A stretch of DNA of 63,823 bases, the filler included. It is 7 parts of 7 records of this genome, joined end to end, with 100 filler letters (N's around TTAATTAATTAA, not from the genome) between each part and the next. Parts side by side here need not be neighbours in the genome. Positions count along the whole stretch, not along the records: positions 6,829 to 12,015 come from DRR723986_12821; positions 12,116 to 35,631 come from DRR723986_12828; 5 more parts are not named here. The stretch is one strand, 5' to 3'. The position numbers and the translations under genes are program-made. How positions within the stretch are numbered: the stretch's first letter is position 1; each line of letters starts with the position of its first letter. Below, in pieces: positions 10,856 to 19,846 of this stretch. The notes beneath the pieces were generated by a model. That model ran no database searches, had not been told where the DNA came from, and saw only the letters and a list, made by a program, of their open reading frames with translations.

Positions 10856-11625
10856 TTGGTCAACCGCCCCTTCAGGCTTAACAAATCTGCCCAAGCCTCG
10901 CGCTTGGCATCGGTATTGCGCAGCAGATATGCGGGATGGAACATCGGGATCACGGGCAAGCCCGCGGCCTCGGCCCACTGGCCGCGCAAACGGGTTATGC
11001 CGCGTTTGTTCAGCAGCGCCTGACAGGCATGATTGCCCACCGCCACCAATACCTCGGGCTTGGCCAGCGCGATATGCCGCAGCAAAAACGGGCGCATCAT
11101 GGCGATCTCTTCGGGCTTGGGGTCGCGGTTTTGCGGTGGCCGCCATGGCAGTACATTGGTGATATAAATCGGCGCATCCGCATTGGCCCGTCCCATGTCA
11201 ATCGCGCCAAACATCCGGTCCAGCAATTGACCGGCGCGGCCCACAAACGGTTTGCCTGCACGGTCTTCGTCCCGGCCCGGCGCCTCTCCCACAATCATCA
11301 CGCGGGCTCCTGCGATACCGTCAGAAAACACAAGGTTCCGCGCACCTTTCTTGAGATCGCACAGCTCAAACCGGGCCAGCGCCTCTTGCAATTCCGACAA
11401 GGATTGCGCGGCCTGCGCCGCCCGGTCGGCCTCTGCAACGGCATCCACCTCGACCGGGGCGACGATCCCCGGCTGGACGCCAACAGCAACCGCTTTTTTG
11501 GGCTTTTCAACCGCGGCGGGCACCTCATAGCGATTGACCGGCGCATCGCAAATCGCCTCTGTCGCGCCCAGTTCGACCTGCCAGTTCAGCAGCGCCAGAT
11601 CGTGATGAAAATTCACTGATTCCAT
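10852..11625 (-). CDS. Uracil-DNA glycosylase, family 4
   Basis: [31 protein letters not shown]. Confidence 0.92.
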   Translation of the reverse strand: MESVNFHHDLALLNWQVELGATEAICDAPVNRYEVPAAVEKPKKAVAVGVQPGIVAPVEVDAVAEADRAAQAAQSLSELQEALARFELCDLKKGARNLVFSDGIAGARVMIVGEAPGRDEDRAGKPFVGRAGQLLDRMFGAIDMGRANADAPIYITNVLPWRPPQNRDPKPEEIAMMRPFLLRHIALAKPEVLVAVGNHACQALLNKRGITRLRGQWAEAAGLPVIPMFHPAYLLRNTDAKREAWADLLSLKGRLTK

Positions 11626-11775
11626 GCCCCCAACTTACGCCTGTGGCGACGGGAACCAAAACCCCTGTTCGACATGCGGCAATTTGCGCAGGAACAGGTC
11701 CGCCGCCCCTCAATCACCTTGCCGCGCGGGGCAATGCCCGCCTATAAGGCCGCAACGCTGCAAAAGGGTCTGCCC

Positions 11776-12015
11776 ATGTCCTTCCCCCACCGTCATCTGC
11801 TTGGCATTGAGCCGCTGTCCCCGCCGGATATCACCGCCATTCTGGACCGCGCCGATTTTTACGCCGATCTGAACCGGCAGGCGGACAAGCACAACGACGT
11901 GTTGGCGGGCATGACCCAGATCAACATGTTTTTTGAAAACTCGACCCGCACACAGGCCAGCTTTGAGATCGCGGGCAAACGGCTCGGCGCGGATGTGATG
12001 AACATGGCGATGCAG
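11776..12015 (+). CDS. pyrB: Aspartate carbamoyltransferase catalytic subunit (3' truncated)
   Basis: [29 protein letters not shown]. Confidence 0.95.
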
Positions 12016-12115
12016 NNNNNNNNNNNNNNNNNNNNNNNNNNNNNNNNNNNNNNNNNNNNTTAATTAATTAANNNNNNNNNNNNNNNNNNNNNNNNNNNNN
12101 NNNNNNNNNNNNNNN
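12016..12115. other. Artificial contig spacer
   Basis: Same N/TTAATTAATTAA/N linker. Confidence 0.99.
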
Positions 12116-12246
12116 CGGCCTTTGGCCTTGCGTCCTGCGGACGGCGGAGTGCGGGCCCGGCAGGGCGCGGCTTTGCCGCGCCCTGCCGGGCCCAACGGGA
12201 GGAAATGTCCCGCAAGGGACGTTCACGACGGGCGGGAGTGCCCGCC
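12116..12246. repeat. GC-rich multi-hairpin palindromic element (REP/MITE-like)
   Basis: Perfect 19-bp stem at 12153-12193 plus four small hairpins; lies at the contig end. Confidence 0.6.
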
Positions 12247-12254
12247 TATATTAA

Positions 12255-13412
12255 TTAAACGTCGATGGACCGCGCGATGAGTTCCTTCATCACTTCGTTG
12301 GTCCCGCCATAGATCATTTGAACGCGCGCATCGGCATAAAGACGGGCAATCGGGTATTCCATCATGAAGCCATATCCGCCGAACAACTGCAGGCATTCGT
12401 GCATAATTTCGTTCTGAACCTCAGACCCCCAGTATTTCACCATCGAGGCCGTAGTGGCGTCCAGCTGGCCCTGCTCCAAACGCCCAATGCAGTCATTCAC
12501 GAAGCTACGCAGCAATTCTGCTTTGGTTTTGCATTCCGCCAGCTTGAACCGAGTGTTCTGGAAATCCATCACACGCTGCCCGAACGCCTTGCGTTCCTGC
12601 GTGTATTTCACGGTTTCAGCAATCGCGAAATCAATCGCACCAAGCGCCATCAATCCGATTGTCAGGCGCTCCCATGGCAGTTGCTTCATGAGTTGATAGA
12701 AGCCCTGCCCCTCTTCGGCACCAATCAAATTGGTCATTGGCACTTTGACGTCTTCAAAGAACAGCTCGGCTGTGTCGTTGCCCTTCATCCCCAGTTTCTT
12801 GAGGTTTTTACCGCGACGGAAGCCCTCGGTGCCTTCGGTTTCCATGGCGATCAACGACACGCCCTTAGCACCCAGAGTTTTGTCCGTTTTGGCGACCACA
12901 ATCACCAGATCAGCCGACTGACCGTTGGTGATAAAGATCTTGGAGCCGTTGATTTTGTAGCTGTTGCCGTCTTTTTCAGCAGTCGTGCGCACCGCCTGCA
13001 AATCGGATCCAGTACCCGGTTCGGTCATCGCAATTGCGCCGACCATTTCGCCAGAGACCAATTTAGGCAACCATTTCTGCTTTTGCTCTTCGCTGCCGTA
13101 GCCGTTGATGTAGTGCATCACGATGGATTGGATGCCAAAGCCCCAGCCACTGTCGCCCCGCGCAGCTTGTTCGTACATCGCCACGGCGTCAAAGCCCATG
13201 CCGCCGCCTACACCCCCGTATTCTTCGGCAATGGTTCCGCCCATCATGCCAGCTTCGCCCGCTTTGTTCCAAAAGCCACGATCAACGACACCGTTGGCAT
13301 TCCACGAGTCGATGTTGGGAACCAGTTCGTCGTCGTAAAACCGGCCCGACATTTCGGCAAACATCCGGTGTTCTTCGGTGATCCAGTTGGCGGTTGGGGT
13401 AAAAAGCGTCAT
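12255..13412 (-). CDS. Acyl-CoA dehydrogenase (long-chain type)
   Basis: AMTEPGTGSDL, NGSKIFITNG, QLFGGYG, IYGGTNE. Confidence 0.95.
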   Translation of the reverse strand: MTLFTPTANWITEEHRMFAEMSGRFYDDELVPNIDSWNANGVVDRGFWNKAGEAGMMGGTIAEEYGGVGGGMGFDAVAMYEQAARGDSGWGFGIQSIVMHYINGYGSEEQKQKWLPKLVSGEMVGAIAMTEPGTGSDLQAVRTTAEKDGNSYKINGSKIFITNGQSADLVIVVAKTDKTLGAKGVSLIAMETEGTEGFRRGKNLKKLGMKGNDTAELFFEDVKVPMTNLIGAEEGQGFYQLMKQLPWERLTIGLMALGAIDFAIAETVKYTQERKAFGQRVMDFQNTRFKLAECKTKAELLRSFVNDCIGRLEQGQLDATTASMVKYWGSEVQNEIMHECLQLFGGYGFMMEYPIARLYADARVQMIYGGTNEVMKELIARSIDV

Positions 13413-13518
13413 GGCGTGCCTCATAAAAATCTAGGTTGGGCCAAAGCTATCGCGCGCGATCGTTTATGCCAATCTGGGTGACGCCGCGTCCCAATTCTGC
13501 AACGCAACGTCCTTTGGT

Positions 13519-14310
13519 TTAGTTCGCAAGGCGATGGCGCATCCCCTGGGGCGGTGGTGTCTCAGCACCGCCAGCAAAGCACTGAGCGATGGACATCCAC
13601 TCAACAGCAATTGGCCCGTCCAGCTTAAGCGCGGTATCCGTCACGTTCCGCGTCTGTGCCATGACTTGGGCGAACTCAACGGCTGATCCGGTGATCGCAC
13701 TGTCATTAGGCTCACCAAAGGTCCAAATGGCACCTGATGGGGCAACCAAGGTCATGTACGGCATCACGTCGGGCACCTTGCGTCCATTCACTTTGTAGGA
13801 CCAGCCAAACGTATTGATCCCCAAAACCACGATGTTCTTGATGCGATCCATCTCGTGCCGCTCAGCGCCCAGGATATCAAACACCTCTTGCCCATGCGCC
13901 CAAGTTTCCATCTGCCGCGCCGTCATAGAAGAGCGCACAGACATATCCGGCCCGGCCCATTTCACCCGCCGCTTGGGATCAAGATCCGCCCAGCGTGCGC
14001 CCATATCAGCATAAAGGCTGCGCCATGCTTCGCGCAGGGGTTCACCGCGTTCTGAAACCATTGCGTTTTCGGTGGCGCGGAACCCTTGCTTGGCGATTCC
14101 GCCCATCACGGCACCCACCTTGGCGGCAAACGCGTCTTCGTCCTGCAAAGACAGATCTGCCATTTGATTCCAGAAATGCAGGTGCACGATAACGTCGTTC
14201 AGGGTCCAGCCCTTGAACTGTGTCACCTGATCCCACGCATCCCCGCGCACATCTGCGAGAACGGCATAAAGCGCCTCGCTCTCATTCAGAAAATCCTGCG
14301 CCTGTTCCAT
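13519..14310 (-). CDS. TIGR03084-like metal-binding protein (DinB/MDMPI-N fold)
   Basis: GWTLNDVIVHL, W.GPDMS.RS..TARQMETWAHGQ, APSGAIW, TQTRN-like AQTRN, AQCFAG. Confidence 0.8.
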   Translation of the reverse strand: MEQAQDFLNESEALYAVLADVRGDAWDQVTQFKGWTLNDVIVHLHFWNQMADLSLQDEDAFAAKVGAVMGGIAKQGFRATENAMVSERGEPLREAWRSLYADMGARWADLDPKRRVKWAGPDMSVRSSMTARQMETWAHGQEVFDILGAERHEMDRIKNIVVLGINTFGWSYKVNGRKVPDVMPYMTLVAPSGAIWTFGEPNDSAITGSAVEFAQVMAQTRNVTDTALKLDGPIAVEWMSIAQCFAGGAETPPPQGMRHRLAN

Positions 14311-15438
14311 TTATTCCTCCAACGTTGCCATCAGCCGTTCCACGGCGGCAAGGTAGTCCTGTTTAAAATCCTGCACCACAGCGGTGGTTGAGGTGGCTTG
14401 ATTCATCAGCCCAACCCCCTGCCCGACCCAATAGGTCGACAATTCAGCCGCGCCATCATGGCCGGACTGCGCCAGCTTTTCGACCTTGCGCAGGGCAGGT
14501 TCCGAAACCAACGTCTGCAGCGGCATCGGCAGTGGGCTGGGGCCTTTGACCTCCCACGCGTCTGTCCAGGCGGATTTGAGCTGTCGCGACCCTTTGCCGG
14601 TACGCGACCGGGACCGGACCGTATCGGACGAGGTCGCGGCCAACATCTTGTCCTTGATTTGTTGCGGGGGTTCCCCTTCGGCGGTGGTCAGCCAGACAGA
14701 CCCGCACCACGCCCCAGCGGCCCCCATGGCCATCGCCGCAGCCATTTGTTGACCCGTTACGATACCGCCAGCGGCCAGAACCGGCGTGCCCTTGGCAACC
14801 GAAACCACCTCGGGCACCAACACCATGGTTGAAATTTCACCGCAATGGCCACCCGCCTCGCCGCCCGCAGCCACAAGGATATCGACCCCAGCAGCGACTT
14901 GCAGTTCTGCGTGTTTCTTGGCCCCAACCAATGCAGCGACCGGAACACCTGCGGCCTTGGCGCGTTCCATCATGATCGGGGGGGGCGTGCCCAGCGCATT
15001 GGCAATCAGTTTGATCGGGAACGAGAACGCCACATCCAGCATGTCCTGAGCGCCCGCACTGTTCATGTTGTGCGAGAACATCAACAGATCACCGCGCGCC
15101 GCATCCAGATCATCGGTGGCCACGCCATATTGCCCCAGAACCTGATTGGCGAATTCCACATGTTCTTGCGGAACCGAGGCCAACAGATCCGCATCACTGG
15201 GTTCGGCGCCCTGTTTCTGGATCGAGGTGGGGACGATCAGATCGACACCATAGGGTTTTCCATCACAGTTGGCGTCGATCCATTCCAGCTCGGTCCGCAG
15301 CTGTTCGGGCGTATACATCACCGCCCCAAACACCCCCATGCCCCCGGCACGGGACACTGCAGCCACAACATCGCGGCAATGGCTAAACGCAAACAACGGG
15401 AATTCGATGCCCAATTGGCGGCACAGGTCGGAATTCAT
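14311..15438 (-). CDS. Nitronate monooxygenase / FabK-like FMN oxidoreductase
   Basis: LGIEFPLFAFSHCRDVVAAVS, GGEAGGH, AAGGI, GSVWL. Confidence 0.9.
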   Translation of the reverse strand: MNSDLCRQLGIEFPLFAFSHCRDVVAAVSRAGGMGVFGAVMYTPEQLRTELEWIDANCDGKPYGVDLIVPTSIQKQGAEPSDADLLASVPQEHVEFANQVLGQYGVATDDLDAARGDLLMFSHNMNSAGAQDMLDVAFSFPIKLIANALGTPPPIMMERAKAAGVPVAALVGAKKHAELQVAAGVDILVAAGGEAGGHCGEISTMVLVPEVVSVAKGTPVLAAGGIVTGQQMAAAMAMGAAGAWCGSVWLTTAEGEPPQQIKDKMLAATSSDTVRSRSRTGKGSRQLKSAWTDAWEVKGPSPLPMPLQTLVSEPALRKVEKLAQSGHDGAAELSTYWVGQGVGLMNQATSTTAVVQDFKQDYLAAVERLMATLEE

Positions 15439-15441
15439 AAC

Positions 15442-17415
15442 TCAGGTCTCCTCAATCTCGATCATCACGTCACCGGCAGTCAGCTGCTGCCCGGCTTTGA
15501 CGTGCACAGCACTGACTGTTCCATCGACAGCGGCCATGATCTGATGTTGCATTTTCATGGCTTCCAAAACGGCCAGCGTGTCCCCTTTGGTCACGGTTTG
15601 ACCCGGTTGTGCTGTGACATCGACCACCAGCCCGGGCATTGGCGCGCTGACACGCCCTCCGGCAACGACGGTTTCGTCCTGCGCACCCGGTCGCACCCGG
15701 GAAAACGTCATGCGTTCAGCCCCCACCGCGATTTGAACGCTGTCACGGCTGAGCACAGCGACAACATCGACCGTTTTTCCGTTTATACGGGCGCGGATCA
15801 TGTCCGTGTCGCGGGCTGCCAGGGTGATCTCAAATGTCTCATCGCCCGCACCAATCGTCCAACCACCCAGCGTAGCAGTCGCGCGCAGGGGCAGGTCTTG
15901 CCCGGCAAAGGTCAACGTCACATTCAACGGCAACAGCGCCGCGCTGGACCAGCCCAGCTGATCCTCAGACACATACCCGGCAGCCTGTTTTGCCCGTTTC
16001 GCATCCGCTTCAAGCAACAGGGTCAAGGCCAACGCTGCATCTTGCGCGTGCGCCTGCGTTTCGGGGAAACCTGTGGGATAGGCCTGATCCAGAAAGGCGG
16101 TTGTTGCCTTACCTTGTGCGAACACCTCTTGTCCCAGAACATCTGCCAGAAAGGCCGAATTGGTCACGGTGCCCAACAAAATGCTTTCCCGAACGGCTTT
16201 GATCAAACGCGCACGTGCAACCTGACGCGTCGGGCCGTGGGCGATGATTTTCGCCAGCATCGGATCATAAAAAGGCGAAACCTCTTGCCCGGTGACAATC
16301 CCTGAATCCACCCGCACACCGGGACCTGTCGCCGGCTGCCACAGATCAATCGGACCGGTTGCAGGCAGGTAGTCATTGGCAGGATCTTCGGCATACAGGC
16401 GCACCTCGATTGCGTGCCCAGTGAGGCTCACGTCGTCTTGCGCCACCGACAGGGGGTCCCCCTGAGCCACAGCGATTTGCATCGCCACCAAATCCAGCCC
16501 GGTGACCAATTCTGTCACGGGATGTTCAACCTGCAATCGGGTGTTCATCTCAAGGAAATAGAACTGCCCGGCGTCATCCAGCAGAAACTCAACCGTGCCT
16601 GCCCCGCAATAGTTGACGGCACGCGCCGCATTCACGGCTGCTGCGCCCATGGCTGCGCGCAGGTCGGGTGTCATCACCGGACACGGCGCTTCTTCAACAA
16701 CCTTCTGATGGCGGCGCTGGACCGAGCAATCGCGTTCGCCCAAATGGATGACTGCGCCATGACTGTCCGCAAAGACCTGAATTTCAACATGGCGCGGGGC
16801 GATGATTGCCTTTTCAAGGATCAACTCGCCAGAGCCAAACGCATTCTCAGCCTCGGACCGGGCCAAGCTGATTGCCTCGGCAAGGCCTGACCTCTCTGAA
16901 ACCAGACGCATCCCGCGCCCACCACCGCCAGCAGCGGCCTTGACCATAATTGGGAACCCGATCCCATCGGCGGCCTCTATTAGCACAGAATCCGTTTGGT
17001 CCGCCCCCTCATAGCCGGGCACACAGGGCACACCGGCGGCAATCATCAGGCGCTTGGCCTCAGCCTTGTTGCCCATCGACAGGATCGCCTGCGGTTCTGG
17101 CCCGACAAAGACCAAACCCGCAGCCTCGACAGCAGCGGCAAATTCCGAATTCTCGGACAGAAAGCCGTATCCCGGATGAATGGCCCCGGCCCCGGTTTGC
17201 TGTGCGGCCGCAAGGATCTTGGCCGCATCAAGGTAACTGTCCCCCACTAGCCCGTCGCCGATCAAAACCGCCTCATCTGCCAGTGCAACATGCGGCGCCT
17301 GTGCATCAGCCGTGGTATAAACCGCCACGGCGCGCAGCCCCAGCGCCTGAGCCGAGCGGATCACACGGGCGGCGATTTCGCCCCGGTTGGCCACCAGAAT
17401 TGTATCAAATGCCAT
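15442..17415 (-). CDS. Acyl-CoA carboxylase biotin-containing subunit (geranyl-CoA carboxylase alpha, AtuF-like)
   Basis: ANRGEIA, HPGYGFLSEN, GGGGRGMR, RDCSVQRRHQK, EMNTRLQVEH, biotinylation site EAMKM; start set at MAFDT. Confidence 0.9.
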   Translation of the reverse strand: MAFDTILVANRGEIAARVIRSAQALGLRAVAVYTTADAQAPHVALADEAVLIGDGLVGDSYLDAAKILAAAQQTGAGAIHPGYGFLSENSEFAAAVEAAGLVFVGPEPQAILSMGNKAEAKRLMIAAGVPCVPGYEGADQTDSVLIEAADGIGFPIMVKAAAGGGGRGMRLVSERSGLAEAISLARSEAENAFGSGELILEKAIIAPRHVEIQVFADSHGAVIHLGERDCSVQRRHQKVVEEAPCPVMTPDLRAAMGAAAVNAARAVNYCGAGTVEFLLDDAGQFYFLEMNTRLQVEHPVTELVTGLDLVAMQIAVAQGDPLSVAQDDVSLTGHAIEVRLYAEDPANDYLPATGPIDLWQPATGPGVRVDSGIVTGQEVSPFYDPMLAKIIAHGPTRQVARARLIKAVRESILLGTVTNSAFLADVLGQEVFAQGKATTAFLDQAYPTGFPETQAHAQDAALALTLLLEADAKRAKQAAGYVSEDQLGWSSAALLPLNVTLTFAGQDLPLRATATLGGWTIGAGDETFEITLAARDTDMIRARINGKTVDVVAVLSRDSVQIAVGAERMTFSRVRPGAQDETVVAGGRVSAPMPGLVVDVTAQPGQTVTKGDTLAVLEAMKMQHQIMAAVDGTVSAVHVKAGQQLTAGDVMIEIEET

Positions 17416-17419
17416 CTGT

Positions 17420-18214
17420 TCAGCCCTCTGCCCATTTGGGTTTACGTTTGTCAAAAAATGCGGAGATGCCTTCGCGTGCCTCATCCGAGAGCATCCGCGC
17501 GGCAAAGCTTTCAGCGGCCATCTGGCGTTGCTGATCGCGTGTTTGAAACGGCATCTGTGCCAATTGCTGTTTGATCGCCGCCAAAGCCTTGGGCGCAGCG
17601 GCCTGTACCTTGGATCGCGCCTGCCCAAGGGCTGTTTCCATCCCGCCGGGTGGCACGATTTGATCCACCAGTCCCGCTTCATGCGCAATGGCGCTGTTGA
17701 ACGCGGCCCCGGTCAGCATCAATCTACGCGCAGTAGGCAGGCCCAGACGCGCGACCACAAACGGCGCGATCTGCGCCGGGGTCAGGCCGATGCGGGTCTC
17801 TGACAGGCTGAATTTCGCCCCCTCAGTCGCGATCACCATGTCGCCAACGCAAGCCAAACCAAAGCCCCCCGCCATCGCAGCCCCTTCGACAGCCATCACA
17901 GTGAACTGCGGTAGGGCGGCAACTGCATCGAACAAGTCGGCGGCTTGCAGGCTCATATCAATGATGTCCTGCTCTGACGCGCCGCCCTGAAACACGGATT
18001 TGAACGCCTTGAGGTCACCGCCCGCGCAAAAGATTTCGCCCTGTCCGCGAAAGGTAACCCCGCGAATGTCAGATGTTTGCAGGGCGGCGCACAGATCAAG
18101 CAGCGCCTTAACCCGCTCACCAGTCAGAGGGTTGCGTTTGTCGGGCTCGTTGAACCAGACGGTCAGCCACGCGCCGTCCTGTTCCAGCTCTAAATGAGGA
18201 GAAGTTGGCAACAT
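17420..18214 (-). CDS. Enoyl-CoA hydratase (AtuE-like isohexenylglutaconyl-CoA hydratase)
   Basis: FCAGGDL, GGFGLAC, ETRIGLTPAQIAPFVV, EGISAF..KRKP.W; lies between the two carboxylase subunits. Confidence 0.85.
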   Translation of the reverse strand: MLPTSPHLELEQDGAWLTVWFNEPDKRNPLTGERVKALLDLCAALQTSDIRGVTFRGQGEIFCAGGDLKAFKSVFQGGASEQDIIDMSLQAADLFDAVAALPQFTVMAVEGAAMAGGFGLACVGDMVIATEGAKFSLSETRIGLTPAQIAPFVVARLGLPTARRLMLTGAAFNSAIAHEAGLVDQIVPPGGMETALGQARSKVQAAAPKALAAIKQQLAQMPFQTRDQQRQMAAESFAARMLSDEAREGISAFFDKRKPKWAEG

Positions 18215-18216
18215 GA

Positions 18217-19836
18217 TCAGAACCTATGCACCCCGTATGAGGTTGACTTAACTTTACGCGCCCGCCCCTCAAGGCAGGTTTCAAGGCAGAATCCCAACAC
18301 CCGCCGGGTGTCGCGCGGATCAATCACACCATGATCTATACACCGCCCCGAGGTATAAAACGCCCCTTCCTGGCGGGTGAAATGATGGGTTATTGCTGCA
18401 GTTTGGGCCGCCATCTTTGCCTCGTCCGGCTCAACGCCTTTGCGTTTGAAACCGGCGCGGGCGACCATCTCCATCGTGCCCGCGGCTTGTTCGCCCCCCA
18501 TAACGCCAGTTGCCGCATTGGGCCACGCGAACAGGAAATCCGGGTCATAGGCGTAACCGCACATGCCATAGTTTCCCGCCCCGAAACTGGCCCCGATATA
18601 AAACGCGATTTTGGGCACATCGACCGAGGTCACAGCCTGAATCATCTTGGCGCCATGCTTAATCATGCCACCTTGTTCAGACTGCGTGCCGACCATAAAG
18701 CCCGTGATGTTATTGAGGAAAACCAACGGCGTGTCGCTTTGACCGCAAAGTTGGATGAACTGCGTCGCCTTGTTTGCACCCGCCGGATCAAGCGGTCCAT
18801 TGTTGCCGATGATGCCAACCGCAATACCGTTGATCGCTGCCTGCAGACACACGGTTGCGGGGCCATACCCCGGTTTGAAATCCTCAAACTCAGACCCATC
18901 CACCAGACGCGCAACAACTTCGCGCACGTCATAGGGCATGCGGTAGTCCGTTGGCACCACGCCCGCGATTTCATCGGCGTCATACCGGGGGGGCTCGACG
19001 TGCTTTTCATGTCGCACAGGCAGGGACTTGTTCCAATCCAGTCGCGCCATCACATCACGGGCCATTTCCACTCCGTGGGTGTCGTCTTCGGCCAAGTATT
19101 CCACCAAACCTGAAATGGTGGCATGCATTTCCGAGCCCCCCAGATCACGGTCATTTGCCCGCTCACCCGTGGCCGCATGGGTCAAGGCCGCGCCGGCCAA
19201 CGCCGCCATGCCATTGTTTTTCACGCCAACAACGTAATCAGCCAACCCGGGCATATAGGCCCCACCTGCGGTGGAGGGTCCATGCAACACCGCAACGTTG
19301 GGCAACCCTGCCGCAGAATGACGTGCGAGATTGCGGAACAGCTTACCGCCATTGGCCCAGAACTCGACCTTATACTCCATCAGGTTCGCACCGGCGCTTT
19401 CGACCAGATGTACAAAGGGCAGATTCTGCTTTAACGCCATGTCCTGCGCACTCAGGACTGCCGCGCCGGTCATTTCAACCATCGAGCCTGCCTTAATGCC
19501 CGCGTCATCCACCACGATCATGCAGCGCACGCCTGACACAAACCCAATGCCGATGATGACCGAAGCCCCCGGCACCGACTTCTCGGGGTCTTTGCTGTCG
19601 ACCAAATACCCGGCCAGACCGTGAATTTGCAAAAATGGCATCCCCGGATCCAACAGATGCGCAAGCCGGTCGCGCGGGGTGATTTGGCCCCGTGCCTCCA
19701 TCCGTTCACGACGCTGTTCGGACAGGGCGACCGGACGCGCCTCGAGCGCGCGCATTTCGGCAACCAGATCCAGCATTCCGGCGCGGTTCTTGGCAAAGGT
19801 TTCGGATTCGCGGACAACTTGACTGACAAAGCCCAT
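18217..19836 (-). CDS. Acyl-CoA carboxylase carboxyltransferase subunit (AtuC-like)
   Basis: VESAGANL, TAGGAYMPG, LGGSEMH, GFMVG, GASFGAGNYGMCG, IDPRDTR. Confidence 0.9.
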   Translation of the reverse strand: MGFVSQVVRESETFAKNRAGMLDLVAEMRALEARPVALSEQRRERMEARGQITPRDRLAHLLDPGMPFLQIHGLAGYLVDSKDPEKSVPGASVIIGIGFVSGVRCMIVVDDAGIKAGSMVEMTGAAVLSAQDMALKQNLPFVHLVESAGANLMEYKVEFWANGGKLFRNLARHSAAGLPNVAVLHGPSTAGGAYMPGLADYVVGVKNNGMAALAGAALTHAATGERANDRDLGGSEMHATISGLVEYLAEDDTHGVEMARDVMARLDWNKSLPVRHEKHVEPPRYDADEIAGVVPTDYRMPYDVREVVARLVDGSEFEDFKPGYGPATVCLQAAINGIAVGIIGNNGPLDPAGANKATQFIQLCGQSDTPLVFLNNITGFMVGTQSEQGGMIKHGAKMIQAVTSVDVPKIAFYIGASFGAGNYGMCGYAYDPDFLFAWPNAATGVMGGEQAAGTMEMVARAGFKRKGVEPDEAKMAAQTAAITHHFTRQEGAFYTSGRCIDHGVIDPRDTRRVLGFCLETCLEGRARKVKSTSYGVHRF

Positions 19837-19846
19837 GCGGCGCTCC

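Noticed and set aside
12251..12258. Natural TTAATTAA next to the ACAD stop codon
   Set aside because: Not flanked by N and includes the gene's stop codon, so it is coincidental with the linker word.
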